DNA of 63,831 bases, filler included, from Octopus bimaculoides (Eukaryota), in NCBI RefSeq assembly GCF_001194135.2. It is 4 parts of 4 records of this genome, joined end to end, with 100 filler letters (N's around TTAATTAATTAA, not from the genome) between each part and the next. Parts side by side here need not be neighbours in the genome. Positions count along the whole stretch, not along the records: positions 58,209 to 63,831 come from NC_068981.1; 3 more parts are not named here. The stretch is one strand, 5' to 3'. The notes beneath the pieces are model-generated. The model was not told the DNA's origin. It saw only the letters and a list, made by a program, of their open reading frames with translations, and did not search any database. A program made the position numbers and the translations under genes. This document shows, in pieces, positions 62,521-63,831 of the stretch; the stretch's first letter is position 1; the number at the start of each line of letters is the position of its first letter.

Positions 62521-63831
62521 GTGATGATATAAAACTTGACTTAAACATGACTAAACAGAATCTATCAAGTGGTGCTATTAATGGTGGTGCTATCAAGTGG
62601 TGCTCTGGGCCAGTTTTGGCCGAAACACATCTAAGTTTATTTTAGTTTACATAACACAATGAACACGCAGACAATACACACTTCAAAAACTTAACTCTTG
62701 ACAACTGATATAAAAACCGAACGGTCAAAAATTTGGACGCAACGAACATATGAACACGTGGCTGCTAACTGTTAGCTATGAGGCTAAATGTTAAAACGTC
62801 ATTGGCAGAAAAGTCTACATGAATTCATTTTGTATATAAAATAAAACCTAAATATTCATTTCTGGAAAATGTGAGTGTGAAGATCTGGAAACGTCGAGTT
62901 GTTCCAAACTAGCTGTAAAAGACCAATAAGAACAAAAAAAAAACTAAAATTAAAATATTATAGGTAACTGGCCTCGAGAAGGATGAAGGGAAAGTTGACA
63001 TTGGCTGGATTAGGAGTGTTTAAACTGTTTTGATACCTTTTATAAAATAAGTTTTTTTTAATTTTTTACCTGATTTCCTTTCGTCTACCAGCTATTTTTT
63101 TTTCATGATTCTTTTCTATTTTCTTTAAAAGGACAGAATAGAAGTTGATGTGGGACTAAAGAACAACGACAGCAACAACTAATATTTCGGTATCACAACG
63201 CAAAGATTGATTACCCGTTGAGCTAACGAGGGATGCAACCACATAGTCGTTAATATGCTAAAAATAGCAGTCAAATATCTCTGCTGTCTGAATACAGGAA
63301 TGACTCACTAGATAACCAAATCCTAGATTTTCTCCTAGACGTACGACATAGTTATAGCTGGAATAATATTTACCATAATATTTATCCGTTTACCCGAAAC
63401 TAAAAAATAACAGCAACAACAACAATAATCCCCACATCCTACAGGAACAATAGGCTCAATACGAGTAACATGGTAAAGGGCCATAACTCAGTAGTAATAG
63501 ACCTTTTGCCGAACACCCAATGATTTACCCACAAACGTTTCTTAAAATACAAAACCCTACTTTTAATCAATTTATCGCATATAAATTCTATATCTATTAT
63601 TGCATTTCAGATATTACTTTTCTCACTTTAGCTCTTACGTCACAAACAATCTCATCATTGCTGCATCTACGAACAGTTGTTGTTGTAGAGGTGGTGGTGG
63701 TGGTGGCGGTGTTGTTGTAGTTGTTGTTGTTGGTGGTGGTGGTGGTCGTCGTGATGTTAGTTCTATCCAAATTTATTGTTGTGGTGGTAGTGGAGGTATT
63801 GGTGGCGAGGGTTGTGGTATTGGTGGTGGAT

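Noticed and set aside
62600-62635. ggcc-agtttt-ggcc-GAAAC-ACAT-CTA
   Set aside because: It has a stem II and GAAAC, but CUGANGA is missing and the GUH is mutated; a relic only.
63660-63831. (GTT)/(GGT)-rich tail with an open Val/Gly frame
   Set aside because: Simple-sequence repeat with no coding evidence.

Overview
Eukaryotic, AT-rich, gap-ridden draft genomic sequence. The tRNA-SINE, RTE and microsatellite content looks like an octopus (coleoid cephalopod) assembly; this is inferred from repeat content, not proven. Only one host exon is supportable: a 121-bp + strand coding exon (56948-57068) encoding a leucine-rich repeat of a LAP-family protein, most like Scribble. The rest is intron-like or intergenic DNA packed with decayed mobile elements. 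These include three CsRN1-type (CHCC-Gag) Ty3/Gypsy elements and one CCHC-Gag Gypsy, several solo or nested LTRs, Tc1, two mariners, a Tigger/pogo, a hAT remnant, RTE/CR1/R4-like LINE fragments, two Penelope-like elements, long-TIR foldback elements and many SINEs. Highlights: (1) several minimal type-I hammerhead-ribozyme motifs with palindromic stem-III loops, two of them with a CCGAAGA core variant; (2) a nested TE stack at 14-23 kb whose order can be reconstructed from TSDs (GAGA, TATA, GGTTCTGG); (3) a degenerate modular macro-repeat at 31.8-45 kb carrying a 43-bp micro-inversion and a triplicated R4-like RT fragment; (4) LTR promoter modules with conserved spacing; (5) many near-perfect hairpins that could be ADAR or miRNA substrates. 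Three 100-bp spacers (44N-TTAATTAATTAA-44N) are artificial joins, so contiguity across them is not guaranteed. No prokaryotic features, CRISPR arrays, rRNA or genuine tRNA genes were seen.
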